Made by a program: the position numbers and the translations under genes | NCBI GenBank assembly: GCA_015232565.1 | Contig: JADFZK010000009.1 | Span: 3,725 to 67,724 of the forward strand | Source: Candidatus Omnitrophota bacterium | Lineage (GTDB): Bacteria; Omnitrophota; Gorgyraeia; Zapsychrales; Fredricksoniimonadaceae | Length of the DNA stretch: 64,000 bases | Direction of reading: 5' to 3' | In this document: one piece after another, positions 9,302 through 18,126 of the stretch | How the letters are laid out: each line of letters opens with the position of its first letter | How positions within the stretch are numbered: the first letter of the stretch is position 1 | Notes under the pieces: generated by a model | The model's input: only the letters and a program-made list of their open reading frames with translations | The model's database searches: none | What the model was told of the DNA's origin: nothing

Positions 9302-10204
9302 ATGGCATTTTTGGCACTGGGTACCGTAGCACTGGATAATGTCAAGACCCCTTCGGGCGTCAAAAAGAGCATGCTGGGCGGCAGTGCGGCGCATTTTTCC
9401 ATGAGCGCGCGTTTGTTCGACGATGTGCATCTGGTGGGGGTGGTGGGCAAGGATTTCCCCAAGATGCACCTGGATTTTTTCAAGCGCAAGGGCATTAATA
9501 CCGCGGCTTTGACCATGGCCGACGGCAAGACTTTCCGCTGGACGGGAGAGTATAAGCCCGAGGACCTCAACAGCGCCATTACGCATGAGACCCAGCTGGG
9601 TGTCCTGGCGGATTACCTTCCGCAGATCACCGACCAGCAGAAGAAAATGACCCATGTGTTCCTGGCCAATCTGGCGCCGGCGGTACAGGAGAAATTGTTG
9701 TCTTTGCTTATCAAGCCCGAGTTTGTGGGTTTGGACACGATGAATTTGTGGATCGGCACCGCCCAGCGCGACCTTAAGCGCCTGATGAAGAAGGTGGACC
9801 TGATGGTATTAAACGACGCCGAAGCCAAGATGCTGACCGGCGAGCGCAACGCGGTAGCGGCGGCCCGGGCGATACGCGCCATGGGCCCGCGCATCGTGGT
9901 GGTGAAGAAAGGCGAACACGGCGTGTATGTGTTCGGCGGAGATTTTGAGTTTGGTTATCCGGCTTATCCGGTAGTGAAGGTGGTCGATCCCACCGGGGCG
10001 GGCGATACTTTTGCCGGCGGGCTTTTTGGCTATATTGCCAAATGCCGCAAGGCCGACCAGAAAACCCTGCGTAAGGCCGTGGTCTACGGGACAGTGCTGG
10101 CGTCGTTCAATGTGGAAGGTTTCGGCATGGGGCAGACCGCGCCTTTGTCGATGAAAGAAGTGGATAAACGCCTCAAGTTATACCAGGCTTTTTGTGCTTT
10201 CTAA
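9302..10204 (+). CDS. PfkB-family carbohydrate/nucleoside kinase (ribokinase-like)
   Basis: C-terminal PfkB signature DPTGAGDTFAGG. Ribokinase-like fold throughout. Confidence 0.8.
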   Translation: MAFLALGTVALDNVKTPSGVKKSMLGGSAAHFSMSARLFDDVHLVGVVGKDFPKMHLDFFKRKGINTAALTMADGKTFRWTGEYKPEDLNSAITHETQLGVLADYLPQITDQQKKMTHVFLANLAPAVQEKLLSLLIKPEFVGLDTMNLWIGTAQRDLKRLMKKVDLMVLNDAEAKMLTGERNAVAAARAIRAMGPRIVVVKKGEHGVYVFGGDFEFGYPAYPVVKVVDPTGAGDTFAGGLFGYIAKCRKADQKTLRKAVVYGTVLASFNVEGFGMGQTAPLSMKEVDKRLKLYQAFCAF

Positions 10205-10481
10205 CGCGCATCCGCTGGAATTGCTGGCCCTGGTGGCGTCGGTGGTTATGCCGATGTGGAATATACCGTTGATCATCAAGATCTTCCGGCGCCGGTCATC
10301 GGCGGACCTTTCCATGTACTGGCTGTGGGGTGTCTGGGGCTGTATGCTGCTGATGCTGCCCTGGGCGTTCTTGACGAAAGATAATGTGTTAAGGGTTTTT
10401 AGCTGTGTGAATTTTGTGTTGTTCTCGGGCGTCGCAGTCGCCGTCATGAAATTTCGAAAGGTACCGGATGCCAGAAATTGA
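10194..10481 (+). CDS. SemiSWEET / PQ-loop-like small sugar transporter (3 TM, ~95 aa)
   Basis: Three predicted TM helices. The TM1 segment MPMWNIPLIIKIFRRRSSADLSMYW aligns by eye with the SemiSWEET AYAPQFIKVLKTRSARDISLGMF region, with PQ replaced by IP. Overlaps the kinase stop. Confidence 0.45.
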   Translation: MLSNAHPLELLALVASVVMPMWNIPLIIKIFRRRSSADLSMYWLWGVWGCMLLMLPWAFLTKDNVLRVFSCVNFVLFSGVAVAVMKFRKVPDARN

Positions 10482-11541
10482 TAAGGTTTTGCCAGTTGCA
10501 GTGCGTAAAGAACGCAAGCCGAAAGCCGGCCCCAAAGCCTCCAAGGCCCCTAAGGCTCCAACGGCAGTGAAGGTGAAGAAAGCGCCGAAGGCCAAGGCTT
10601 CTGTCGTAATTAAAGCCCCTCCGAAGCCCGAAATGCCGGATCTTAAGTGCGGGTTTGTTTCAATTATCGGACGCCCGAACACGGGCAAGTCCACTTTGTT
10701 GAATTATATCGTCGGGGAGAAGATCTCGATCGTTTCCGATGTGCCGCAGACCACCCGCAAGATGTTGCGCGGGATCTATACGGACAAACGCGGGCAGGTG
10801 GTGTTTATTGATACGCCCGGCTGGCATTTGGGCCGCGATAATCTGGATCGTTATATGAACCAGGCGTGCGTGAACGCTATTGAAGGTGTGGATTGCATTA
10901 TCCATACGGTCGACAGTTCCGAGCGGGTGGGAGAAGAAGAGCGCCGTGTGGTGGCCCGCTTGAAGAACCAGAAAGTGCCCATAATAGTGGCGCTTAACAA
11001 GATCGACCTGAAGGGCAAGTTCATTGCCGAATATGTGGAGCTTTGGGAGTCGGCGCGCGGTATGCCGGTGTCGGAAATGAAAGACTTTGTATTGCTGCCG
11101 CTTTCCGGGCGCGACGGTATTCAGGTCGACCAGTTGCTCGAGGTGGTTTTCTCGTTCCTGCCGCAGGGCCCTATGTTATATGAGCCCGATATTGTTACCG
11201 ACGTGCCCCGCAAGCAGGCCGTGGCCGATATCATCAGAGAAAAATTGTTTTTGCTGACCCGCGAGGAAGTGCCGCATGCTATCGCGGTCGAGGTGGAAGA
11301 AATGCGTCCCGTTAAGGGCAAGACCACCTATATACGCGCCGCTATCCTGGTGGAGCGCCAGACCCAGAAAGAGATCGTTATCGGCAACCGGGGTTCCATG
11401 GTCAAGCAGGTGGGCTCGCTGGCCCGGACCGAACTGGAAGCCCTGCTGGAGACCAAGGTGTTCCTCGAGCTTTTCGTTAAATTCCGCAAGAACTGGCGCG
11501 ACGACCATGACCTCCTCGTGGATATGGGGTATTCTTTTTAA
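10468..11541 (+). CDS. era: GTPase Era with an N-terminal Lys/Ala/Pro-rich histone-like extension
   Basis: G1 motif GRPNTGKST, G4 motif NKID, and a C-terminal KH domain. The first ~55 aa are KAPKAP-like repeats. Confidence 0.9.
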   Translation: MPEIDKVLPVAVRKERKPKAGPKASKAPKAPTAVKVKKAPKAKASVVIKAPPKPEMPDLKCGFVSIIGRPNTGKSTLLNYIVGEKISIVSDVPQTTRKMLRGIYTDKRGQVVFIDTPGWHLGRDNLDRYMNQACVNAIEGVDCIIHTVDSSERVGEEERRVVARLKNQKVPIIVALNKIDLKGKFIAEYVELWESARGMPVSEMKDFVLLPLSGRDGIQVDQLLEVVFSFLPQGPMLYEPDIVTDVPRKQAVADIIREKLFLLTREEVPHAIAVEVEEMRPVKGKTTYIRAAILVERQTQKEIVIGNRGSMVKQVGSLARTELEALLETKVFLELFVKFRKNWRDDHDLLVDMGYSF

Positions 11542-11582
11542 TAAGGAATCGAGTTGGGCCCTCGGCCGGTCGGGTTGTTTGT

Positions 11583-12242
11583 ATGCTTTCTGTGCGAACC
11601 ATAGACACTGTGATCCAAGCGATCCGCGCGGCAGTGCGGCATTTGCCGGACCCTTCGGTAACTCTCGTCGGCAAGAAGTGGCGCTCACCGTACCTGGTTT
11701 TGATCTCCTGCCTGTTGAGTTTGCGCACCAAGGATTCCACCACTTTGCCGGCTGCGGAAAGATTGTTTCGCCTTGCCGACAGCCCGTTCGCTATGGTAAA
11801 GTTGACAGTTCCGCAGATCGAACGCGCTATTTTCCCGGTGGGTTTCTATCACACCAAGGCGCGGCGCATCATCGATATATCCCGTGATATCCTGGAGCGT
11901 TGTAGCGGCCAGGTGCCCGATACGCTGGCCGGTTTGTTGACGCTAAAAGGAGTTGGCCGCAAAACCGCTAATCTGGTTCTGGTGGAAGGGTTTGGCAAAT
12001 ACGGTGTTTGCGTAGACACCCACGTTCACCGCATCTCCAACCGCTTTGGTTTTGTGGAGACCTGCACCCCGGATGAGACCGAAGAGGCTTTGCGGGCCAG
12101 GCTTCCCAAGAAGTACTGGCGGGAATATAATGCGTTGTTAGTTTTGTGGGGGCAGAATGTGTGCCGGCCGGTCTCGCCGAAATGCTCGCAGTGCCCGGTG
12201 CGCAAATGGTGTGAACAGGTTGGTGTGGCTAAACAGCGATAA
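11583..12242 (+). CDS. nth: Endonuclease III (DNA glycosylase / AP lyase)
   Basis: HhH-GPD fold (LKGVGRKTANLVL). C-terminal 4Fe-4S cysteine cluster CRPVSPKCSQCPVRKWC. Confidence 0.9.
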   Translation: MLSVRTIDTVIQAIRAAVRHLPDPSVTLVGKKWRSPYLVLISCLLSLRTKDSTTLPAAERLFRLADSPFAMVKLTVPQIERAIFPVGFYHTKARRIIDISRDILERCSGQVPDTLAGLLTLKGVGRKTANLVLVEGFGKYGVCVDTHVHRISNRFGFVETCTPDETEEALRARLPKKYWREYNALLVLWGQNVCRPVSPKCSQCPVRKWCEQVGVAKQR

Positions 12243-12263
12243 GCCCAGGCGTCAGCAATCCTT

Positions 12264-13559
12264 ATGTCCGATCAATTCTTCGTCTATTTCTCCGAACTTC
12301 TGGGCCGGCCGGTATTTTCCGTGGACGGGAAAAAGCTGGGCCGGTTCAGTGATTTCGCGCTGAATTTGAACAATGATATTTATCTCCGGGCCAAGGGGGT
12401 GGTGGTGCGGCGCGGGCTCTGGCACCCGCAGTATGTCGAACTGCCTATGGCCGAGCTCCTGAAGGTGGACCGCGGGGGGATTTATTTCAAACTGGCCGCG
12501 GAGGCGGTGGTCTTTACGGCCGGCAAGCCGGATTGCGAATTTGCTTTACGGCGGGATGTGCTCGACCAGCAGATAGTGGATGTTGAGAACCGTAAAGTGG
12601 AACGGGTGAACGACGTGCATTTATTGCGCGTGGACAATCAGTATCATGTGGCCCACGTGGACGTAGGGTTGCGCGGGCTGATCCGCCGGCTGGAGTGGGA
12701 AGGTTTCGTAGATTTCCTGGTACGGTTATTTAAGAAGGACGCGGCCTATCTTTCTGCCGAGGACTTGTTGTCCTGGAAGAATTCCCAGGTCCTGACTTTG
12801 GGCAGTAAGAAGAATGTGCTCAAGCTGGATGTGGCCCGGGCCAAGCTGGCCATGATCCCGCCCACTGTTTTGGCCGAGATCATGGGCGACCTGGACGTTT
12901 TCGAACAGGCCTCGCTGTACCGTTCGCTGGCTCCGGACGTTGGGCGCAAGATGTTCGCCGATATGGCTCCGGACGACAAGCGCGGGCTGATAGATCAGCT
13001 TGAGGATGCGGAAGCCGCCCAACTGGTGTCCCAGATACCGTCCGATGAAGCCGCCGACTTCCTGATGAGCCTGCCCAAAGAGCGCATGCATCATCTTTTG
13101 CGTTTGATGGAAAGCCAGTCTTCCCGGCGGTTACGGACTTTGCTGGGGTTCCATAAAGATTCTGCCGGCGGCCTGATGGCGACCGAATACCTGTGGTTGC
13201 GTAAGGACGCTACCGTGCGCGACGCCTGGGACAAGCTTAAGACCTCCTCCGAATTTACGGCCAGCCTGACCACGATCTATGTGGTCGACGAATTCTTTAA
13301 TTATGTGGGCACTACCACCATTCGTCGTTTCATTAGCGAGCCGCCGGAGAAGCCGATACTGGAAGTTTGTCATCCGCACAAGGTTTTTGTGCGCACGGAT
13401 GACGGCATGGAAGAAGTGGCCCTGTTGCTCGAGCAGTATAAATATTCTGCCATACCGGTACTGGATGGCAACGGTGTCCTGATGGGCTCGATCACGGTGG
13501 ATGACGTAATGGAAGCTTTGATCGCGCTCGCCTGGGGTAAATACAAGGACCAAATCTGA
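12264..13559 (+). CDS. Soluble PRC-barrel plus MgtE N-terminal domain plus CBS-pair protein, with no transmembrane domain
   Basis: N-terminal PRC-barrel-like region, then the MgtE_N acidic helical domain (LAEIMGDLDVFEQASLYRSLAPDVGRKMFADMAPDDKRGLIDQLEDAEAAQLV), then tandem CBS domains. Ends without a membrane domain, immediately before the Nramp gene. Confidence 0.7.
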   Translation: MSDQFFVYFSELLGRPVFSVDGKKLGRFSDFALNLNNDIYLRAKGVVVRRGLWHPQYVELPMAELLKVDRGGIYFKLAAEAVVFTAGKPDCEFALRRDVLDQQIVDVENRKVERVNDVHLLRVDNQYHVAHVDVGLRGLIRRLEWEGFVDFLVRLFKKDAAYLSAEDLLSWKNSQVLTLGSKKNVLKLDVARAKLAMIPPTVLAEIMGDLDVFEQASLYRSLAPDVGRKMFADMAPDDKRGLIDQLEDAEAAQLVSQIPSDEAADFLMSLPKERMHHLLRLMESQSSRRLRTLLGFHKDSAGGLMATEYLWLRKDATVRDAWDKLKTSSEFTASLTTIYVVDEFFNYVGTTTIRRFISEPPEKPILEVCHPHKVFVRTDDGMEEVALLLEQYKYSAIPVLDGNGVLMGSITVDDVMEALIALAWGKYKDQI

Positions 13560-13560
13560 T

Positions 13561-14829
13561 ATGGAAAAACTTAGCTGGTTAGACCGGGTAAAACAGCATC
13601 CGCGGATGGTCCAGATATTCCTGTTCCTTTCCATTATGGGGCCGGGGATCATTACGGCCAATGTGGATAATGACGCCGGCGGTATCACCACTTATTCCCT
13701 GGCCGGAGCGCAGTTCGGGTACACCTTGTTCTGGTCTCTTATACCCATTACGCTTTCCCTTATAGTAGTGCAGGAAATGTGTGCGCGGATGGCGGTGGCC
13801 ACCGGCAAAGGGCTGGCGGACCTGATCCGGGAGAACTTTGGGGTTAAAGTAACCTTTTATCTGATGTTGATACTGCTGATGGTTAACCTGACCAACGTGA
13901 TGGCCGAGTTCGCCGGTATCGCCGCCAGTATGGAGATCTTCGGGGTGAGTAAATATATTTCGGTGCCGGTCACGGCCTTCCTGGTGTGGGCCTTGATAAT
14001 GCGCGGGACTTACAAAGTGGTGGAGCGGATATTCCTTTTTGCCTGCGTATTTTATGTGTCGTACCTGATCTCCGGCATTATGGCCAAGCCCGACTGGCAT
14101 GAAGTGGCGCGGCAGACAGTGTGGCCGAACGCCAAATGGACCTTGCCGTATATCGTTATGCTGGTAGGTATCGTGGGGACGACCATTGCGCCCTGGATGC
14201 AGTTTTATCAGCAATCTTCGGTGGTGGAAAAAGGGATCGCGCCGGAAGATTACAAAATGGTCCGGCTGGATGTGATAATCGGCTGTATCATTGCGCCGGT
14301 AGTGGCGTTCTTTATTACCATGGCTTGCGCGGCCACCATTCATCAGGCGGGTATTCCTATTGCCTCGGCCAAGGACGCGGCCCTGGCGCTGGAGCCTTTT
14401 GCCGGCATTCACGCTACCTGGCTTTTTGCGATCGGGCTTTTTGTGGCTTCCATGTTTGCGGCCGCCATATTGCCGCTGTCCACGTCTTACTCCATTTGCG
14501 AGGGTATGGGCTGGGATGCCGGTATAGACCGCCGCTTTGAGGAAGCGCCGCAATTCTTCGGGCTTTACACGGCCATGATCGTGATCGGCGCGGTGGTGGT
14601 GCTGATCCCGAATTTTCCGCTTTTGGGAGTGATGTATTTTTCCCAGGTGGGTAACGGGATACTTTTACCGATCATTCTGGTATTTATGCTGCGCCTGATA
14701 AATGACAAGCGGATCATGGGCGAATTCACCAATTCCCGGACGTTCAACATTATTGCCTGGTTAACGGTGGGCGCGGTGATCCTTCTTACCCTGATGATGG
14801 TGTTTTTCATGCTGTTCATGAAGGTCTGA
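13561..14829 (+). CDS. Nramp-family divalent metal cation transporter (MntH-like)
   Basis: Nramp signature N-terminus (GPGIITANVDNDAGGITTYSLAGAQFGYTLFWSL). About 11 TM segments. Confidence 0.85.
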   Translation: MEKLSWLDRVKQHPRMVQIFLFLSIMGPGIITANVDNDAGGITTYSLAGAQFGYTLFWSLIPITLSLIVVQEMCARMAVATGKGLADLIRENFGVKVTFYLMLILLMVNLTNVMAEFAGIAASMEIFGVSKYISVPVTAFLVWALIMRGTYKVVERIFLFACVFYVSYLISGIMAKPDWHEVARQTVWPNAKWTLPYIVMLVGIVGTTIAPWMQFYQQSSVVEKGIAPEDYKMVRLDVIIGCIIAPVVAFFITMACAATIHQAGIPIASAKDAALALEPFAGIHATWLFAIGLFVASMFAAAILPLSTSYSICEGMGWDAGIDRRFEEAPQFFGLYTAMIVIGAVVVLIPNFPLLGVMYFSQVGNGILLPIILVFMLRLINDKRIMGEFTNSRTFNIIAWLTVGAVILLTLMMVFFMLFMKV

Positions 14830-14852
14830 CCGCCAGCGCGGGTCAGTTTTCC
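14824..14852 (+). terminator. Putative intrinsic terminator after the Nramp gene
   Basis: GTCTGACC-gccagcgcg-GGTCAG hairpin followed by TTTTCC. Confidence 0.45.
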
Positions 14853-14937
14853 AATTTGACGTCTGTGGAGCTTCATGTTAGGATAACGCACAAATTTGGC
14901 CAAATAAGGTGGACATTAAGGGGGGTGAAATTCATTT

Positions 14938-15108
14938 ATGGTCGAAGTAAAAGTGTCGGACCGCAACAGTTTTGAGAAAGCTTTGCGGACGTTCAAGAAG
15001 CTTTGTCAGCGCGAGGGGTTCCTCGTGGAGCTGAAAGAGCGCCGTTTTTATTCCAAACCTTCCGAGCTCAAGCGCAAGAAGGGCGGCAAGATCGCGATGA
15101 TGCGTTAA
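14938..15108 (+). CDS. rpsU: 30S ribosomal protein S21
   Basis: The 56-aa ORF (MVEVKVSDRNSFEKALRTFKKLCQREGFLVELKERRFYSKPSELKRKKGGKIAMMR) matches the bacterial S21 pattern. Strong RBS AAGGGGGGTG. Absent from the supplied track because it is under 60 aa. Confidence 0.8.
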   Translation: MVEVKVSDRNSFEKALRTFKKLCQREGFLVELKERRFYSKPSELKRKKGGKIAMMR

Positions 15109-15117
15109 GAGTTATTT

Positions 15118-15156
15118 ACGCCGTATCCGGCTTTTTTTGATGGTCGGGTACGGCGT
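15118..15156 (+). terminator. Possible hairpin terminator after rpsU
   Basis: ACGCCGTA...TACGGCGT inverted repeat with a T7 run in the loop and a T-rich 3' flank. Confidence 0.3.
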
Positions 15157-15183
15157 TAATTTTTAATTAAAAAAGCAGGGGTT

Positions 15184-16740
15184 ATGATCAAAGTCAAGCG
15201 CGCGCTGATCAGTGTCTCCGACAAAACGGGACTGATCGAGCTGGTTAAAAGTCTGGCCAAATTTAATGTTGAGATCCTTTCTACCGGCGGCACTGCCAAG
15301 ATGTTGCGGGAGGCCGGTTTTACGGTAAAAGACGTCAGCGAACATACCGGTTTTCCCGAGATGCTCGACGGGCGCGTGAAGACCCTGCACCCCAAAGTGC
15401 ATGGCGGTTTGCTGGCTTTGCGTGATGATCCCGAACATATGAAGACTGTTCTGGAACACAATATCGGCCTGATCGATATGGTGGTGGTTAATCTTTATCC
15501 TTTTGAGAAGGTTACGGCCCGGAAGAATGTGGATCTGGCCGAAGCGATCGAGAATATTGATATCGGCGGCCCTTCCATGTTAAGGTCGGGTGCCAAGAAT
15601 TATAAAAGTGTGGCGGTGATATGCAATCCTGAGCGCTATTCCGACGTGATCAAAGAGCTGGAGACCAACAGCGGCATTCTGCCCGACGCCCTTTTGTTTA
15701 ACCTGGCGGTGGAGGTTTTTGAGCGGACGGCTGCTTACGACCGGGTCATTGCGCAGTTCCTGGGCAAGCGTTTTACCTCGGATGCCTTCACGGTGATGCC
15801 GCCGCAGATCGGGCTGAATTTCGTTAAAATGCAGGAATTGCGTTATGGCGAGAATCCGCATCAGCCGGCGGCTTTTTATCGGGATGCCGACGCGGTAAAA
15901 GCTTTGGCCAAGATGAAACAACTGCATGGCAAAGAGCTTTCGTTCAATAACATCCTGGACCTGGCGGCGGCGGTGGATATTGCCTATTCTTTCTTGGGGC
16001 CGGCCGCGGTGGTGATAAAACATAATAATCCCTGCGGTGTGGCCGAGGATGTGTCTTTGGCCCGGGCGTATTTGAATGCCTGGTCTTGCGACAAGTTGTC
16101 GGCGTTCGGCGGGATCATTGGGCTCAACCGGCTGGTTGATAAAAAGACCGCCGAGGCGATTGCCAAAAGCGGTTTTATGGAATGCGTGATCGCGCCCGGC
16201 TTTGCCAAAGAGGCTTTTGATATCCTGACCCAGAAAAAGAACGTGCGGCTGATGGAACTGGCCGCGGAAGACCTGGTTAAAGATAATTATGATTTCAAGA
16301 AAGTCCCCGGCGGGCTTTTGGTGCAGGGCCGGGATGCGCGGGAAATTACTCCGGAAGAAGTTAAAGGCGTTACCAAAAAGAAAGTTTCCAAGGCGCAAAT
16401 GGCAGCATTGTTGTTCGGCTGGAAAGTGGTCAAGTTCGTAAAGTCGAATGCGATAGTGTTGACCAAGGGCACTCGTACGGTGGGTATTGGCATGGGCCAG
16501 ACTTCGCGGGTGGACAGCGCCAAACTGGCTTTGGCGCGGGCCGGCAAGCTGGCGCAGGGCGCGTGTTTGGCGTCGGATGCGTTCTTGCCCAAAGCTGATA
16601 CGGTGACCTTTGCGGCCAAGGCGGGCGTGAAAGCCATTATCCAGACCGGCGGTTCGATCGCCGATGAAGAGGTAATTAAGGAAGCTGATAAACGCGGTAT
16701 CGCCATGGCGGTCACCGGGGTAAGGCATTTTCGGCATTAA
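15184..16740 (+). CDS. purH: Bifunctional AICAR transformylase / IMP cyclohydrolase
   Basis: MGS-like N-terminus (VKRALISVSDKTGLIELVKSL...LSTGGTAKML) plus an AICARFT domain. 518 aa. Confidence 0.95.
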   Translation: MIKVKRALISVSDKTGLIELVKSLAKFNVEILSTGGTAKMLREAGFTVKDVSEHTGFPEMLDGRVKTLHPKVHGGLLALRDDPEHMKTVLEHNIGLIDMVVVNLYPFEKVTARKNVDLAEAIENIDIGGPSMLRSGAKNYKSVAVICNPERYSDVIKELETNSGILPDALLFNLAVEVFERTAAYDRVIAQFLGKRFTSDAFTVMPPQIGLNFVKMQELRYGENPHQPAAFYRDADAVKALAKMKQLHGKELSFNNILDLAAAVDIAYSFLGPAAVVIKHNNPCGVAEDVSLARAYLNAWSCDKLSAFGGIIGLNRLVDKKTAEAIAKSGFMECVIAPGFAKEAFDILTQKKNVRLMELAAEDLVKDNYDFKKVPGGLLVQGRDAREITPEEVKGVTKKKVSKAQMAALLFGWKVVKFVKSNAIVLTKGTRTVGIGMGQTSRVDSAKLALARAGKLAQGACLASDAFLPKADTVTFAAKAGVKAIIQTGGSIADEEVIKEADKRGIAMAVTGVRHFRH

Positions 16741-16773
16741 TGTTTTTTTTGAGGAAAGAAGCGTCTGGCCAAT

Positions 16774-18120
16774 ATGGGATTTGATTCCGGTGAATATTTG
16801 GCTTCGTTTGTAAATTGGGAACCCCGGCTGGACAAGGCCGGGGTTTCGTCTTTTGGCGTGGAACGGATGGACGCTTTGCTGAAAGCCCTGCGCCATCCGG
16901 AGTCGGATCTGATCTTTGCGCATATCGCCGGTTCCAAAGGTAAAGGCTCGACGGCAGTCTTGCTGGCGAATATATTGCGCTCGGCCGGGTATCGCACGGG
17001 GCTTTATACTTCGCCGCATTTGTATTCGTATCATGAGCGGATCCGCGTGCTGGAGCCGAGAAGCCCGGATGAGGGCGGGGATGACGAGGTATTTGAGGGC
17101 AGTATCGCGCCGGAGGAATTTGATGAGCTCTTGCGTTATTATCAGGATGATATTGAAGCCTTGCGCCGGCGGGGAATAGAGATCACTTATTATGAATTGC
17201 TGACGGCTTTGGCAGTGGCTTATTTTGCGTACAAGAAGGTTAAAGTAGTGGTGCTGGAGACCGGCCTGGGCGGGCGGCTGGACGCTACGAATATATTTGA
17301 AACCAGTGTGTGCGGCATTACGCCGATAGGCCTGGAACATACGGCGATCCTGGGTTCGACTTTGGGCTTGATCGCCGGGGAGAAAGCGGCGATCATCAAG
17401 TCGGCGGGACAGCGCGCGGCGTTCGCTCCGCAGGCGCCGGAGGTTATGGCGGTCCTCCAGGAACGGGCCCGGTCTTTTGGCATATTGCCCACGGTAGTGG
17501 GGGTTGACCTTCCGCTGGAGATATTGTCGGAAAGCCAGGACGGAGTGCGGTTTAATATTTCGGGCCGGCGGGAATACCGCGGGCTGGGTACTGTCTTGGC
17601 GGGGGCGCATCAGGCACAGAATGCGGCTTTGGCGCTGGCCATGGCCGAAGACCTGGAAATGTATGGCTTGGTGCTCACTGAAGAAGCGGTGCGCCAGGGA
17701 TTAGCGTGCACGCGTTGGCCCGGGCGGTTTGAGATCCGGGCCGGTTCACCGACGCTGGTGGTGGATGCGGCGCATACAGTGGATTCGGCGCGGGCTTGCG
17801 TGCAGACCTTTCAGAGTGTCTTTCCGGGACGCCGGGCGGTCTTGCTTTTGGGTGCGGGCGTGGATAAGGATATCGCCGGAATTTGCCGTGAACTGGGAGT
17901 GGTGGCGCAGTGCGTGGTGGCGGCGCAAGCCGGGCATCCCCGGGCGCATGCGTTCACCACGGATGAACTTAAAGAGCGGTTTCCGGATGTGGAAGCAGTT
18001 ATTGCCCGGGATGTGCCGCAGGCCATGCTGGAGGCCCGGCGCCGGGCAGGGGAGAACGGCATTATTCTGGCGGCCGGTTCGGTGTTCCTGGCCGCCGAGG
18101 CAAGAGCGTGTGAACTATAA
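16774..18120 (+). CDS. folC: Folylpolyglutamate synthase / dihydrofolate synthase
   Basis: Mur-ligase P-loop HIAGSKGKGST...YTSPHL, with a Mur ligase middle domain and C-domain. Confidence 0.85.
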   Translation: MGFDSGEYLASFVNWEPRLDKAGVSSFGVERMDALLKALRHPESDLIFAHIAGSKGKGSTAVLLANILRSAGYRTGLYTSPHLYSYHERIRVLEPRSPDEGGDDEVFEGSIAPEEFDELLRYYQDDIEALRRRGIEITYYELLTALAVAYFAYKKVKVVVLETGLGGRLDATNIFETSVCGITPIGLEHTAILGSTLGLIAGEKAAIIKSAGQRAAFAPQAPEVMAVLQERARSFGILPTVVGVDLPLEILSESQDGVRFNISGRREYRGLGTVLAGAHQAQNAALALAMAEDLEMYGLVLTEEAVRQGLACTRWPGRFEIRAGSPTLVVDAAHTVDSARACVQTFQSVFPGRRAVLLLGAGVDKDIAGICRELGVVAQCVVAAQAGHPRAHAFTTDELKERFPDVEAVIARDVPQAMLEARRRAGENGIILAAGSVFLAAEARACEL

Positions 18121-18126
18121 GGAAGA

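Noticed and set aside
12264-13559. Possibility that the MgtE_N/CBS ORF is a frameshifted mgtE pseudogene
   Set aside because: The ORF terminates cleanly 1 bp before an intact Nramp gene. No MgtE-type TM coding sequence is visible in any frame downstream, so it is better explained as a genuine soluble protein.
15580-17610. 676-aa minus-strand ORF overlapping purH and folC
   Set aside because: Arg/Pro/Gln-rich low-complexity translation antisense to two well-supported conserved genes. This is a high-GC shadow ORF. The same reasoning applies to the 50944-49703 and 14553-13579 minus-strand ORFs.
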